DNA of 64,000 nucleotides from assembly GCA_029953675.1 (NCBI GenBank), contig JAMWBK010000003.1:1922001-1986000 (forward strand), given 5' to 3'. Shown piece by piece: positions 1 through 12,000 of this stretch (within the stretch, counting starts at the first letter, position 1; each line of letters opens with the position of its first letter). The translations under genes and the position numbers were made by a program. Origin of the DNA: Rhodosorus marinus CCMP1338 (taxonomy: Eukaryota; Plantae; Rhodophyta). The notes beneath the pieces were generated by a model, which saw nothing but the letters and a program-made list of their open reading frames with translations, searched no databases and was not told the DNA's origin.

Positions 1-3000
1 CACACACACCCCCCCCACCTGCGGAGTCGCAGCTTTCTCAAATCTCCCCGACGGTAACTAGTTCACCTTTTTTCATTATTTGTAACCAATTATTTGACCA
101 TACCAGTAACAAAACTATTCACAACACAGAAATAACATTATTAATAATTTATATCGATAAATACCATATTATCGTTTCCACGGTAAAGATCCATCCATCG
201 TACCAAAAAGGTGTTTATTGTGTACAGTAATTATTTATATTTATGAAAATACTAATCTGGTATTTTATGTTATATTCATATCTTTAGTCGTAGAAACTAT
301 GTGTTATGGCGATATGAAGTGGATTTTCAGTTGGGCATGGATTCGTTTTCCCCCGGCGAGGGGGCATTTGGTGCTGATCGCAGCGGTAGGACCTGGATGG
401 AGATATGAACTGCAACATGAATTCTAGGTCAGTCAAGGACGTAGCGATTCGCGAGTAATGAGCTAGGGGGAGGAGCGCAGTTCTTGTCTTCTCGGGAGAA
501 GACGTGCCATGAAACCCGAAGCGGTCCTTTTTCTGTCAATCTTTTCGTCTTCTTTTCGTTCTTGAAGACTCGCGAACGGAAGCAATGCCCAGAAAGCACA
601 AGTGATTTGTTCAGAGAGTGATTCGTTTTCTTCTCGTGAAGGATGATGCTGGAAGATGAGAACGGGCTGGATCCGCTCGAAATAGTAGAACGAGGATGGC
701 AGAACCCTCGCTTCTCGGGACTAGTGCACAGTTCAGCGAATGCTTGAATTGTAGTAAGAATTGTCTTTTAGGAGTTCCCAATGTCGATTTAGGGGAATAT
801 GCTAACATTTTATGAATTCGCTTTCGGTAAGAGTGATGATCGAACCCTACCCTCAAAAGCTCCGACTTTGCAGGGAGCATGTACCGAATGGGACCACGAT
901 TTGGGTACCGAGCGATGAACGATTAGCATATGTGTCAAATTCCGTGCTTGGGCGCAAACAAGGAAGCGTAATCCGGCTCGAACGTCCTCATGGTGCTTTA
1001 GACCTGTCCTTGTTGGTATTTGGAAATAAGATTTTTCCAAGCACAGGGAGCTTCGACACTGCTGGTAGAAGATGAGCAAGGAACCACGTATGACCAAGAA
1101 GTAGATCCGTAGATATGACCCCACAACTCCTGGTCTATATGGTTCAGGCATTCACCTAAAATCAAAAACCTTCATTGACAAGGATTCCAGGTCGGACTCA
1201 AGGAGTTGCGACACAATGGTATGTTCTCAGTAGTAATGTGAATACACGGGGACAAGCTGACCTCTGCATGATGCCCTAGGGCGCAAATCATGACCTCAAA
1301 CCTGTTGTACCCAACTGAATGCAGTACGGCATCCACGAGATTTGGAGCACTACTTTTTGTTTGAAGAACCCATCATAGTCATCACTGGAATTCCCTTGAA
1401 ATTTTCCATGCTGTAGAAATCGTGTTGCAACGAATAACACACTTTCACCAAAATGCCGAAAAATACCACTAAAACTTGAGAGCTTCCGTGTTGATATTGA
1501 AAAAACTTTGCTGCGCTTGTGCTGCGGTATGGAGAGAGAAACAGAATTCGAAAACGAAGATTGCAGGCAGAAATCCTCACCTCCAACTATTTGGACGCAA
1601 TTCATTCGTCCGTCACTGGGAAAACATTTTCAGTACACTACCTAACTGTTCATGAAAACACAAGCTTTACTTAGTACCCGAGCTCGTATATACCTACCAC
1701 GTGGCTCACCACTCCAGAAGACGCGCACAGGCCGAGAGTTGAAGCCCTTACACTATTCACAAGGTTCATCCATTGGTTGTTGTTTCTACGAAGTTCCTCA
1801 GACCTCAGAGCTCTTGACCCTTGACGGGATAGAATCAAGTCCGGAATTGATTTTGTATATGTCTTCGACCTGTTTTCTAAACACGAGCAAGGGCTCAGAA
1901 CTCTGTTGTCCCAGAAACCGATCTTCACACACTTCATACACATCCTACTCTATACTGGATCATATTACACCCATTTCATCAAACAAGGAACCCACCCACC
2001 CCACCCATTCCATGAGATCAACGAGACCGAAACCCAATCAACGAATACAACAAAATCACATTTAACAAATACAAATCCTCAACAGGAAATTCTATTACCA
2101 CAAATATTCATTTAAACTTAATAATTAAAATCATTAACTCAATCTATGTGAATTCTACTATTCATGAATTGTAAAAAAAGATAGAGCCTCGTGACAACTA
2201 ACTATCATCGCGAATAATCTTGAATATTTAAAACAAGTCGATGTATAACTTTAAGCCTATGTCTAAGGGGGGGCTAGAAATAGATAGTTCGACAACGAAA
2301 ATTGTTTTTGTAATATTAAATTTAACAAATCGAATCTGTAGCTAAAATTATACCCCCCTAAAAATGAGGGTCGTGTAAAGTAGCATTGGCCGCTGATTGG
2401 TGATTTCATTTGGTGACTCCGAAATATTGAAATATCGTAGTTTTTAAATTTTTCCGTTGAGGAATTTGGGAATCGATCGATGCTTTGCTCTCTCGAGCAC
2501 TCTCGAGAATGATTGGAGGTCTCCAAATTTGGAGGGTTCTATGGTCAAGGGATGTAGAGACTAGGCTAAGGATGTTGACGAGAAGAAATTATAATCAGTT
2601 GGGTTCGATTCTACAGGGTTGAATTGGGTTCCCAATCCGTGCTGTGAAGCTTCAACGTTACAGAGAGGTCGATCTGGGCTCAGTTTTGGTGCTGTTTTTA
2701 GAGGCGTCAAGAGTGCTCACGGTAACCCTCTACATCTGCTATATTTTTGTTAGTTAACGAGTCCAGTTGTTGTCGCTGTCGTCTCCAATCCGTTTCATTA
2801 AGCTGTTTCAACGAAGAAAACGGAACGGTTTCGGGCACGGGTAGATGTGATGATAACATGGTCTTCGGTCCAGCGGCCTCTGACACTAGGGCGGCTTCCC
2901 TAGAAGAACAGCCTCAAGCTTTAGTTGGCTTTTGTAGTCCGGTTCATTCGGTTCATCCGAACCATTCTCATCGTGCATCGGCGAAGTTCTGAGCTGCGAG

Positions 3001-3273
3001 TCGACGACAGGGATCCTGCGTCTGCTCCTCGTTTCAAATGTGAAACGAGAGTAATTTACCCAACAACACAGGCCTGATCAATCTCGCTAGGGTGAATTCA
3101 TGCTCAACGAAGGCACAGGTTTATTCCTAGGTTCTGCCAGGCATAGCTCAAGTACTTAAGCAGGAGCTCCCTGGCCAAGACCTCGGAAAGTCATCTGGCT
3201 CTCCTCAACTTGATCATATAGAAGCAGTCTATACCCTAGCTCCCTTCATGTACGCCTGTTGAAAGTTGACATC

Positions 3274-4419
3274 ATGCATACGCGTTACTTTGCAAGGATT
3301 TTCCTGGTGTTCGCTGTTGTTGTGAGCGTCGTATCTGCGGCAACGATCAGTCTAGACTGTAGAAGGGACCTGAGAAGTCAGATCCGGAGTGCTCCATCGG
3401 GTTCCCGGCTGGTGGGTGATGGCAGGTGTTTGTGGACGACTCGAGACACCATTCGCATCACGCGGAGGATTTCCCTGAGTAACTTTCGACTGAAGATGGC
3501 TAGTGGAGTTGGAAGACGATTCGCCATGTCCATTGATTCTGATGGTGTTCGCGTAAGCGACTTCGAGATGATCGGAAATCTTGGTACAGTGCGGTCAAGC
3601 GCTAGACAGTCGCTCCTGCAGGTTTCAGGGAGCAATTTTCAGATCACGAACGGTAGATTTACTGATTCTTCGAGGGATGGGATTACTGTCCAGCCCAAGA
3701 GAGGACGTGCGATCAACGGGGGAACGATTAGAAACGTGTCTGGCAGAGGAAACGATCGGGATGTGGTGGCTCTAAACACTGAGCGAGCAGGCGCGATTGG
3801 CACCAGGAACATCGTCGTTGACGATATTGAGGCTTACAGCAGCCCTAGTAGAGGAGCTGTTGAGGTTGCAGATGGTGTTGAAGATATCACAGTCAGAAAC
3901 GTGTACGCGGAGGGCTGCTTATATGCAGTAGCAATACAAGATCACTCCCGCAGTCGCCTGGAGTCGATAAACCGCGTTAAAATCAGCGACATTACTGCGG
4001 TGAACTGCGGGTACGGCATCCTCGCCCAGACAATGGCTCTCAGGCATTCGGATATTTCCATGGAAAACATGACATTTCGTAGATGCCGGAGAGCTATGCT
4101 GGTTAAAAACTTGGACCGAGTTAAGGTCAGCGGCGTTAGGGTGTCACAGTCAACTAGTAGCGGAACGCAGGTTGACTTCCAGAGCTGCAATGGAATCGAC
4201 CTCCAGGGAATAAGCTTCAGCGACAGTTCAGCGAGGAAGACTGCAATCAGAATCTCTGACTCAACAAATGTCCGAGTCTCACGAGCAGTGCTTAGGTCCA
4301 GTACAAGCTATGACTTCGGCATGAAAATCTACCCCGCACGAGGGCGAGCGAGTTCCTCCCCCCAACTTCAGAGCAACGACCTTCGGGCTGCACGAGTTCC
4401 CTTAAGGATCTTTCGCTGA
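3274..4419 (+). CDS. Secreted right-handed parallel beta-helix (pectin lyase-like fold) protein, paralog 1
   Basis: Intronless ORF; first ATG at 3274 opens a signal peptide (MHTRYFARIFLVFAVVVSVVSAA); beta-helix-type periodicity (NIVVDDIEAY, DITVRNVYAE); family motifs NDRD, EVADG and IQDH shared with four other ORFs in the window. Confidence 0.85.
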   Translation: MHTRYFARIFLVFAVVVSVVSAATISLDCRRDLRSQIRSAPSGSRLVGDGRCLWTTRDTIRITRRISLSNFRLKMASGVGRRFAMSIDSDGVRVSDFEMIGNLGTVRSSARQSLLQVSGSNFQITNGRFTDSSRDGITVQPKRGRAINGGTIRNVSGRGNDRDVVALNTERAGAIGTRNIVVDDIEAYSSPSRGAVEVADGVEDITVRNVYAEGCLYAVAIQDHSRSRLESINRVKISDITAVNCGYGILAQTMALRHSDISMENMTFRRCRRAMLVKNLDRVKVSGVRVSQSTSSGTQVDFQSCNGIDLQGISFSDSSARKTAIRISDSTNVRVSRAVLRSSTSYDFGMKIYPARGRASSSPQLQSNDLRAARVPLRIFR

Positions 4420-5148
4420 GTAGCACGCTATGCAAGTTCCATGGTGCCCTCCATGAGGTTGCGCTCAATGTCGGCTGCTATGTCTGCTATAGAAAGCTAA
4501 TAAATCAAGCTCAGAATTACCGGAGCCGGGACTACGAAAAAGTAACCAAACGAGCGAGTAGCCGCCTGGGCACTGTGTTTTGATCCAACCCGTAACTACG
4601 TTTGATAAGAAACCAAGCGCTGGACGTTCTCATTGATGAGACCATTCATCCACCCATTCTTTGTCAATCCTATAAGTTCAATCCAAATTCAATATCAATC
4701 CATATCGTGATAAATGCTATACTGAACCAACAATTACATTCTGTGAGCTTCATTTCAATTTAGTTTTCAACGTTTGTATCGTTTTCAACAGTATAAATAC
4801 TTATCCTTGATAAAAACATTGATTTTAAACTATATCGTAATATTATACGGTTTAATTATTATGCTTTGTGATATTATTTGTAAAATCCCTTGAAAATATA
4901 AAATGGTTGTCAGAGAAATAATGTATATATTTAATTTGGGTTGCCGTTACTTTTGAATTCTTCTGGTACAAGGTTTTTTCATCATCGGTGCGTGGATGAC
5001 AAATCCAAGGGCCATGTGGTAGTGAACAAGAAGATGCTTATTCGACAGTCATGGAAAGATAAGGACTTAAGGATGCCTGGGGTGATGCTTAATGCAGAGA
5101 ACTGCTGATGATTTAAATGTGTGTGGGAAGACGGGAGGCTAGCAAACG

Positions 5149-6309
5149 ATGAAGCTGAGCGTGATTGTTCTGGTGGGTTTGATTCCCACTTTTGCGGCGG
5201 GTGTCATTGTCCAATTGGACTGTGCGAGGGATTTGGGAGAGCAAATTGAGACTGCCGAAGTGTTTTCGGAACTGCATGGAGATGGGAGCTGCACATGGTA
5301 TGTGTCGAAACCCATCAAAGTGTTGGTGCCAATGACCATAAGGAAGCTTCGAGTCGTTTTGAGGAGTTCAGAAGGGATCCCAATGATCAAAATCCTAGCT
5401 CGATCGGTGACGATGACTGAGTTTGAGCTAATAGGCAATAACAAGATGGTAGCTGGGACTGCAAGGGAAGCTCTTGTTCAGGTGTTCAAGAGCGCCTTTC
5501 ACATAGCCAGAGGAACTTTCAGGAATTCTACGAAGGATGGTGTTCAGGTTAGGTCGATTGCGGGTGCCCCTCCAATCACAGGAGGCGTCCTCCGGGATCT
5601 TGTAGGGAGACATAACCATCGGGACCTCGTTTCCCTCACCACTCTCGATGGCGGGAAGAGCCTTACAAGAAACATCGTCGTGGAGAACATCCGAGCTTAT
5701 GGCAGTAGGGATCGAGGAGCGGTTGAAATCAGCGATGGTGTTGAAGATATATTTGTTCGAAGCGTGTATGCGGAGAACTGCTACTACGCCGTATCGATTC
5801 AGGACCACGGTGTAAGCGAGCTCGAGACGATTAGGAGGGTTTTTGTGAGCAATGTCGTGGCGGTCAGGTCACACTTTGCCGTTGTTTCACAAGTCGAATC
5901 GATTCGACATGGCGATGTATCGATCTCCAGAGTCATTGCTAAGAACTGTGAGCAAGCTCTCGAGTTGAAAAACCTCGATTGGGTTAGAGTTGATGATGTC
6001 CGAGTCATTGCGGCCTCCACTACTGGTTACCCGGTCGAGATAAAAAACTGCAAAGACCTCAAAATTCGGGACGTATCCTTCGTTGGAGGGGGACAAGCAA
6101 GAGGCGCGATATTGATTGCGGACTCGACCAACGTTCGAATCGCAGGCATCACGCTCAGCGAGAAAACAAACGTTTTCTTTGGCATTACAATCTTCAGAAT
6201 GTTTGAGAGATTTCAGCCCGGGCTTCAGATCTCTCAGGTCGATTTGAATGCAGCGACGGGAAGGCAGATTAACATAAGAATTACTCCTCCACACCTAAGG
6301 GTGCCCTGA
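5149..6309 (+). CDS. Secreted beta-helix protein, paralog 2
   Basis: 386-aa intronless ORF; signal peptide MKLSVIVLVGLIPTFAA; motifs NHRD, EISDG, IQDH; N-terminal C-x16/17-GSC-x-W pair as in the other paralogs. Confidence 0.87.
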   Translation: MKLSVIVLVGLIPTFAAGVIVQLDCARDLGEQIETAEVFSELHGDGSCTWYVSKPIKVLVPMTIRKLRVVLRSSEGIPMIKILARSVTMTEFELIGNNKMVAGTAREALVQVFKSAFHIARGTFRNSTKDGVQVRSIAGAPPITGGVLRDLVGRHNHRDLVSLTTLDGGKSLTRNIVVENIRAYGSRDRGAVEISDGVEDIFVRSVYAENCYYAVSIQDHGVSELETIRRVFVSNVVAVRSHFAVVSQVESIRHGDVSISRVIAKNCEQALELKNLDWVRVDDVRVIAASTTGYPVEIKNCKDLKIRDVSFVGGGQARGAILIADSTNVRIAGITLSEKTNVFFGITIFRMFERFQPGLQISQVDLNAATGRQINIRITPPHLRVP

Positions 6310-6530
6310 TCCAGACCCAAGAGTAGCTGTCACGCGTGGTTGGAGGAGCGGTAAAAGAACCTAAGCAAAGAACCCATGCAAATAAGGATCAAGCCAGTGC
6401 TCCAGGCACTCATCTGCAGCTTTGTCGAGGCTGTACGAAACCGATGAGGGCAAAGGCACAACTTGACGACGCTCGTGTGGAACATTTCGGTCTATTAGTG
6501 TCGTATACTGATCGAGAAATAGGGATTATT

Positions 6531-6801
6531 TTTTTTTTGTCTATACCGACGCAAGTGGGTCATCTTCCGTCACTCTACTCCAACAATCTATAGAATAGTA
6601 ACAAACTAAAAGCAGACTTTGTAAGTAAATCCAGTTATCTTCTGCTCATACTAAAGGAACCGAAGAAAAGACTAGACTTTTTTTTGTTTACTCTGATGCA
6701 AGTTGGTCATCTTCCCGTGGCTCTGCCTCAACAATCTATCGAATAACAACCCAAAAAAAAATGTTTTTACGTAAAGCCAGTTCTGTTCAAACAAAAGGAA
6801 C
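6531..6801. repeat. Degenerate tandem duplication, two units of about 145 bp
   Basis: Both units contain T-tract..GCAAGT(G/T)GGTCATCTTCC..CAACAATCTAT(A/C)GAATA..CCAGTT..AAAGGAAC. Confidence 0.8.
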
Positions 6802-7783
6802 TTATTGCATCCCTGGGTTGAGGAGACTGCAGTTCACGACGGTGGGCAGAGGACACAAGCGCGAAAGGCTCCTTTGTCTTGAAACTGCTAGCGCAGCCTT
6901 GGAATGAAACTAATGGGGAACTCCAGCGAGGATAAGACAAAGTCTACCCAAACCGCTCTGGGAGAAACAGGACGGCTCAAGGCGGCCTATCCAAGCAGGT
7001 ACTAATGATATCCAATTTCCGAACTAAAAACGCTTGCTCTATTCATTCAGCAAAAGAGACAACGCTGGATCTCATCAGGCTAGGTAAAGTCCGTGCCCCG
7101 AATCACAATAAGAATATGAAAGTATCTGGTAGAAGACTCGGGACCAGACAGTTCACCGCTGTAAACGCCACAAGCCATCCAAGACTCCAGCAAGGTGCAT
7201 ACAATTGCTCCACCTGGAAAAAGGCAGCAGAATATGGTCGGTCCGGCTGTTCGTTCATCTCGTCCCTCAACCATTTTCACTCACGTCGATGTCTCTATAA
7301 CTCCGACATAAAACCTCCTTTTTTAAGAATATGACAGTTAAAATTTGTCCGTATTCATTTCTAAATTGACTCTTCCAATACGCGTTGCCCCGTGTAAATT
7401 CTACAATAATACATAAAAGACCTACCAAAATTTTATTTCATTTAGTTTTTAAAAACTACATGCACCCCATAAGATATATGAATTCATAACCGTAAATATG
7501 AATTATTAAAATAATAAACACTACACTCTAAATATTTCTTTTAGACAGTTCATAATTTGCTATAAATTGTAATATATTAATTGATTTATGAAAGAAAAGA
7601 AATTTTCTGAGGGGGTTGGATCTGAAATCTATGGCCCCCTACCCTTCACTTCTCTTGTCACTCAGGCGTTCTTTCTTTCTTTAATTAGTTTTTACCCCCT
7701 GGGAGCTCTCTATGGAAATTCCTAAGCAACAAGCTTCATTGGAGCATAACTGAGAAGAAATTATCGAATTGTGCTAAATGTAG

Positions 7784-8620
7784 ACCAGTAGAAACCATTC
7801 AAGCGGATACTCAGCGGAAGAGTATATCATATTCTAGAAATATAGGTCTTAGTTTAGAGTGATATTTTCTAGAATAGGACCTGTCCTGTGTTTTTTTCTC
7901 TAAGCAAGTTTGTCAGTTAGGATCAGCTGGCGGGAGGGCGGTTTTGGACGGCCTTGGCTACTACTGGCAAAGGGGTGGGTTTACGACAAAGGCAGTATAT
8001 TTAGAGTTGCCCGCTTCAGATACAGAAATAGAAAAGAGCGTTGTGCTCGTTGTTGAGAATCGTTTGACTCCGGTACTGTTTTTTTTTGCATCAGTCTTTG
8101 AAGGTATGGAAGCTAGAGTGCCGCGAAGGCGGGCTACTACGATGGCAGTGGCCGAGTGCCAGTTCCATGGGGGTGGTCGAGTACTAGTTCGATGGGAGTG
8201 GCCGAGGGCTACTCTGACGTCATTTGTTCTCCATGCTTTCGGTTGATTCTGAAGGAGCTCTTCAAGCCTCATCCCAGAGCGTCCACGTTCGAGACCTTTT
8301 CTCGTACTGTGTGCATAGCAGACTTCGCTCCTATTTGCCAATATCGGAATGCGAAAAACAAAAACAAAACACAGAAGTGGAAAAGAACACTGTGCACGTT
8401 GCTTAAGAATCATTTGGCCCTAGTATTTTTTCTGTCTCAGTCTTGGAAGGTTGGGAAGTCGTGGCACTTGTCCTGACTTGGGCCCCGCTCCCTGTTTCCC
8501 CCTGGGAACACTTCAGGTCTACTCAGGCTGCGCCACATAGAAGTCGGGAATTGGCTGTCTGCTGAAAATTTCCTACTGATTGATAGTTTTAGTGTCCACG
8601 TAGGGAAGTCCTTCCATTAA
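7784..8620 (+). CDS. Possible multi-exon hypothetical gene or leader upstream of paralog 3
   Basis: Several GT-AG junctions can be joined in frame (..AVLDGLGYYWQRGGFTTKAVYLELP..RLTP|SAAKAGYYDGSGRVPVPWGW..|LLEGWEVVALVLTW..). No start codon or family recognised. Confidence 0.25.
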
Positions 8621-8839
8621 CTTAGGTCGAATCGACATCTGTTTCAATCTGGTTGGAGCGAGCGACGTGCACTGTCTACATAGCAGACAGGGCGAATTGA
8701 TCTAACTGGTTGAGAGAAAGGCTAATGCTCGCTCTACAGTGGTACTTATTTAAACCGAGATTCTTCTCCATCCAGCGTTTCTGGAGGGCATGGAAGGGAG
8801 AGGTCAGAGAGTCGACGCGAGGTGCTTCGATTCTGTATT

Positions 8840-10006
8840 ATGGACGTTAAAGGGAAAGTTCTGGCTGTGGGTCTGCTTCTAGTAGTTCTTCTATCCACAG
8901 GGGCTGAAGGATATTGGAAGCGTCTGATATGCGGTACGAGTCTAAAGACACAAATCGATAATGCTCCCGCGGGTGCCTATCTCCTCTCAGATGGAAGTTG
9001 CACCTGGAACGTACGATACACCATCATGGTGCGAAAACCGATAACTCTGCGCGGGGTGAAGGCAAAGCTTGTTGAAGGAATTGGTGGCAGGCCTCTTATG
9101 AAAGTGTTTGCTGAACGTTTCTACCTTTCAGACTTTGTTTTTATTGGAAACCGGCAAAGCGTGGAGCAGTCCCAAAGGGCGTCCTTACTGTACATTTCCC
9201 AAGGCGGGTTCAGAGTTCGAAGAGGAAGTTTCATTAACTCGACCAGAGATGGAGTGTCCGTCTATCCCGACCGCAGCGTAAAGAACCCGAAACCGATCGT
9301 CGGAGGGGATATCAGACACATCATCGGGGATGGCAATGTTCGGGATGTAGTTTCCCTCTCTACTGCAGGAGATGGAAGAATCTCGACTTCGAACATCAAA
9401 GTTCGGAACGTCACGGCCTTTGATTGCAGTAAGAAAGGGGCTGTGGAAGTGAGCGATGGCGTGCACAACATCGATATCAGAGATATTTCAGCCGCTAGGT
9501 GCATTTATGGTATTTCGATTCAGGATCACGGCAGAAGTGGATTTGAAACCAACACCCAAATCCAAATATCGAATGTAACTGTAGTCGACAGTCTATACGG
9601 TGTCTTGAGCGAGACCAGCACCAACGAGCATTCGAATATCTCGATTACGGGGGTGAAGCTTGTGAGATGTCACAACGCAATGCTGCTGAAGAACATTCAA
9701 CAACTTGAGGTAGACGACGTGCAAATCTTCTGGGCGAGAAAAGCAGCTGAAACACAGATAGACGTTCAGGATTGCAGTGGTTTAACAGTACGAAAACTAA
9801 CTTTTGATAGTGGAGGGTCAACTGATACTGCCATCAGGATCGCGGGATCGAAGGATGTGACATTCGATGGATTGAGAATTGCCTCGAGGTTTAAGTCGCT
9901 ATACGGAATCACCTTTTACAGAACATCCTTTGACGGTTTATCTAGCCTGCGAGTATTCAACATGGACGTAGAGACGACGCTCGAGCAACGCGTAAAGGTG
10001 GTCTGA
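8840..10006 (+). CDS. Secreted beta-helix protein, paralog 3
   Basis: Intronless ORF; ATG at 8840 opens signal peptide MDVKGKVLAVGLLLVVLLSTGAEG; motifs NVRD, EVSDG, IQDH. Confidence 0.87.
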   Translation: MDVKGKVLAVGLLLVVLLSTGAEGYWKRLICGTSLKTQIDNAPAGAYLLSDGSCTWNVRYTIMVRKPITLRGVKAKLVEGIGGRPLMKVFAERFYLSDFVFIGNRQSVEQSQRASLLYISQGGFRVRRGSFINSTRDGVSVYPDRSVKNPKPIVGGDIRHIIGDGNVRDVVSLSTAGDGRISTSNIKVRNVTAFDCSKKGAVEVSDGVHNIDIRDISAARCIYGISIQDHGRSGFETNTQIQISNVTVVDSLYGVLSETSTNEHSNISITGVKLVRCHNAMLLKNIQQLEVDDVQIFWARKAAETQIDVQDCSGLTVRKLTFDSGGSTDTAIRIAGSKDVTFDGLRIASRFKSLYGITFYRTSFDGLSSLRVFNMDVETTLEQRVKVV

Positions 10007-10015
10007 TCCGCTCCA

Positions 10016-10074
10016 AGATACTTTGCTCCGTTCCACTATGAAGGGCGGCAGTAGGGGAACGGAGCAAAGTATCT
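10016..10074. repeat. Perfect 19-bp inverted repeat (hairpin) just after the stop of paralog 3
   Basis: AGATACTTTGCTCCGTTCC (10016-10034) and GGAACGGAGCAAAGTATCT (10056-10074) are exact reverse complements. Confidence 0.9.
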
Positions 10075-10282
10075 ATCCTCTGTTCATACCTTTTTTTTTT
10101 AGTCTCGTTGAAGCGACGCTCACCATAAAGAAACACCGAAGATTTTACTCTGCAACCTTGCCCCGGGGCTTGATGGAGTTCGTAAGATCCAATGTCCAGC
10201 TTGGCACCCTACGTCCCGCCCGAGTGACCGAAGCGGTTGACCTGCGTGCACAGGTCTTGGAAGCCGGTTTCTTCAGGAGTGA

Positions 10283-10331
10283 TTAGCGCATTTGCGTAGG
10301 GTAAGTATACCCTATGCAAAAAATGCGCTAA
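10283..10331. repeat. Long imperfect hairpin
   Basis: TTAGCGCA-TTTGCGTAGGGTA-agta-TACCCTATGCAAA-aaa-TGCGCTAA: about 21 bp stem with one G:U pair and one 3-nt bulge. Confidence 0.8.
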
Positions 10332-12000
10332 AACTGGCAGGCATTCAGTGAGCAGTAGTGAGTTCAAACCGCAAGGAATTCCCGGAGAAACGCCTACGGG
10401 CGCTTTATTGGCTCTTTGATCATCATCGACTATCATTCAACTATCGGAAAAAGCCTTCAAACTATCGGAAACGTCTGCAAACTCTCGGATGGATTATGCA
10501 GATGGACTCGGATAGGCTATAGGCAAATGGCAGCAGGGGTTATGTTAGTGTTGGCCATGCAGAGAGAAGAACACTCTTTGGGATCCATGACTCGCGACAA
10601 AATTATAATTATTCGACAAGCACGCTGTACTGAAAGTTAAGTACAAGCGATACTACATGCCGTTCCGTAACGGCTAGTTGTGTCTTACCAGTGGGGGCCC
10701 CGTGCGACAGTTGAGAGGGACCTCCAAAGGGAAACCGGGATACTCTCTATAGAGTGCAATTCCCTTTTGCCACCACTTCGTATGGAGCTGTGTGCGAGAC
10801 GCTCTCTAGTGTTGTCGGAAGCACAAATGCTTTGGAAGCTTTTTAGAGGTGAACTACTTTGCGAACGTTTCATCCTCCCAGAGCAAGACTACAATAAGCA
10901 ATTGAAACTATGGAGAAATCGATGACTCTATCCAAATACGTGCATAGAAACGCTTCCACATATGTGTACCCCTGCGGCAGCTGAGACGCAACACGAATTT
11001 CTGAACTATCTAGGTTGTCAATAATACCCCCTCAAAAAGGCTTCCGGAACATCACAAGTGGCAACGTCGGCTTACAAATGACGTCGGCTTGTAAATTTCG
11101 AAACGGATATCAACCTCAGGCAAATCTCTATTGGGTGGAAAGTACCAACTTGAACTAATTCGTTCTCCGAATCCCCCAAAAACACGCCATCGCCTTTTGC
11201 CCTGCCCCACAAAACCCCCTCGTAAGGCACCCAGTCCTCCTTTTTTTCCCAAGATCACCGCCATTCCAGCACCTCTTCTAACAAAGGAACGTTACGTACT
11301 CTAAATAACAAAATTAGAATTCATGAAAGCAAAAAAAAAACGTTGAATTTCCTTCGTGCCTCTTCACGGGCTTGACTAGGTAGTAAGGAGTTGAGGGAAC
11401 TCTAAAGCAGAGCATTCACCAAACTACGCTTGCACTATCATCCCATCCAAAACCCGCCGTCTCCCTCCCCCCCACAAAACCAAATAAAACCATAAAAACT
11501 TCTCGCTATTTGTGATCAACATGAATAAATTTACTTTTGAAAATAAATTCGCCTGCTTACAGAAATTTACAACCGAACTCTTCGAAATGAAACGGTCATT
11601 CTAGAATTATTGAATAATAATAGTTTTTGGGAGAGAATAGTGGATCTGGACTATTAGCGTCGAAATAATATATCGCATATATGATACTTGATATGGATGA
11701 AATTGAAACATTTATATATAATATAGTATATATGGTATAAATATTGTTTTTAGTGTATGGGGATAGTTGGTATGGAGATGAGGTGGTTCGTTTAATGTCC
11801 TCTAGTGGATACTAGCGGTTGAGAAGAGGTGTCCAAGGTCTGGTGAGAGTCATGTGTGAAGAGTGAGGTAGTGAAAGGCGTATTAGAGAACGGGAGTGAT
11901 TGAGTGAAGGTGTAAAGCAAACTTTACGATGCTTGTGGTGTCTTCTGGTATGTCCTGCAGGTAGAAGGGGTATTTAGGAGTTGCCTTGGGAGGTTTCAGA

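Noticed and set aside
430-2010. Possible minus-strand multi-exon gene (intron-like GTGAGG..CCGCAG at about 1582-1524; fragments HGKFQG..VVLQISWMP and ECLNHIDQELWGHIYG)
   Set aside because: I could not join the exons into one stop-free frame or recognise a family, so it is left unannotated. RNA-seq is needed.
2845-2995. TGATGA..CTGA as a box C/D snoRNA
   Set aside because: No terminal stem and no convincing rRNA-complementary guide. These short boxes occur often by chance.
10050-10070. GGAACGGAGCA resembles SRP RNA helix 8
   Set aside because: The upstream partner strand of SRP helix 8 is missing, and the sequence is fully explained as one arm of the 19-bp inverted repeat.
10436-10520. CRISPR-like array
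   Set aside because: The units are contiguous, diverging and have no unique spacers. The context is eukaryotic and there are no cas genes.
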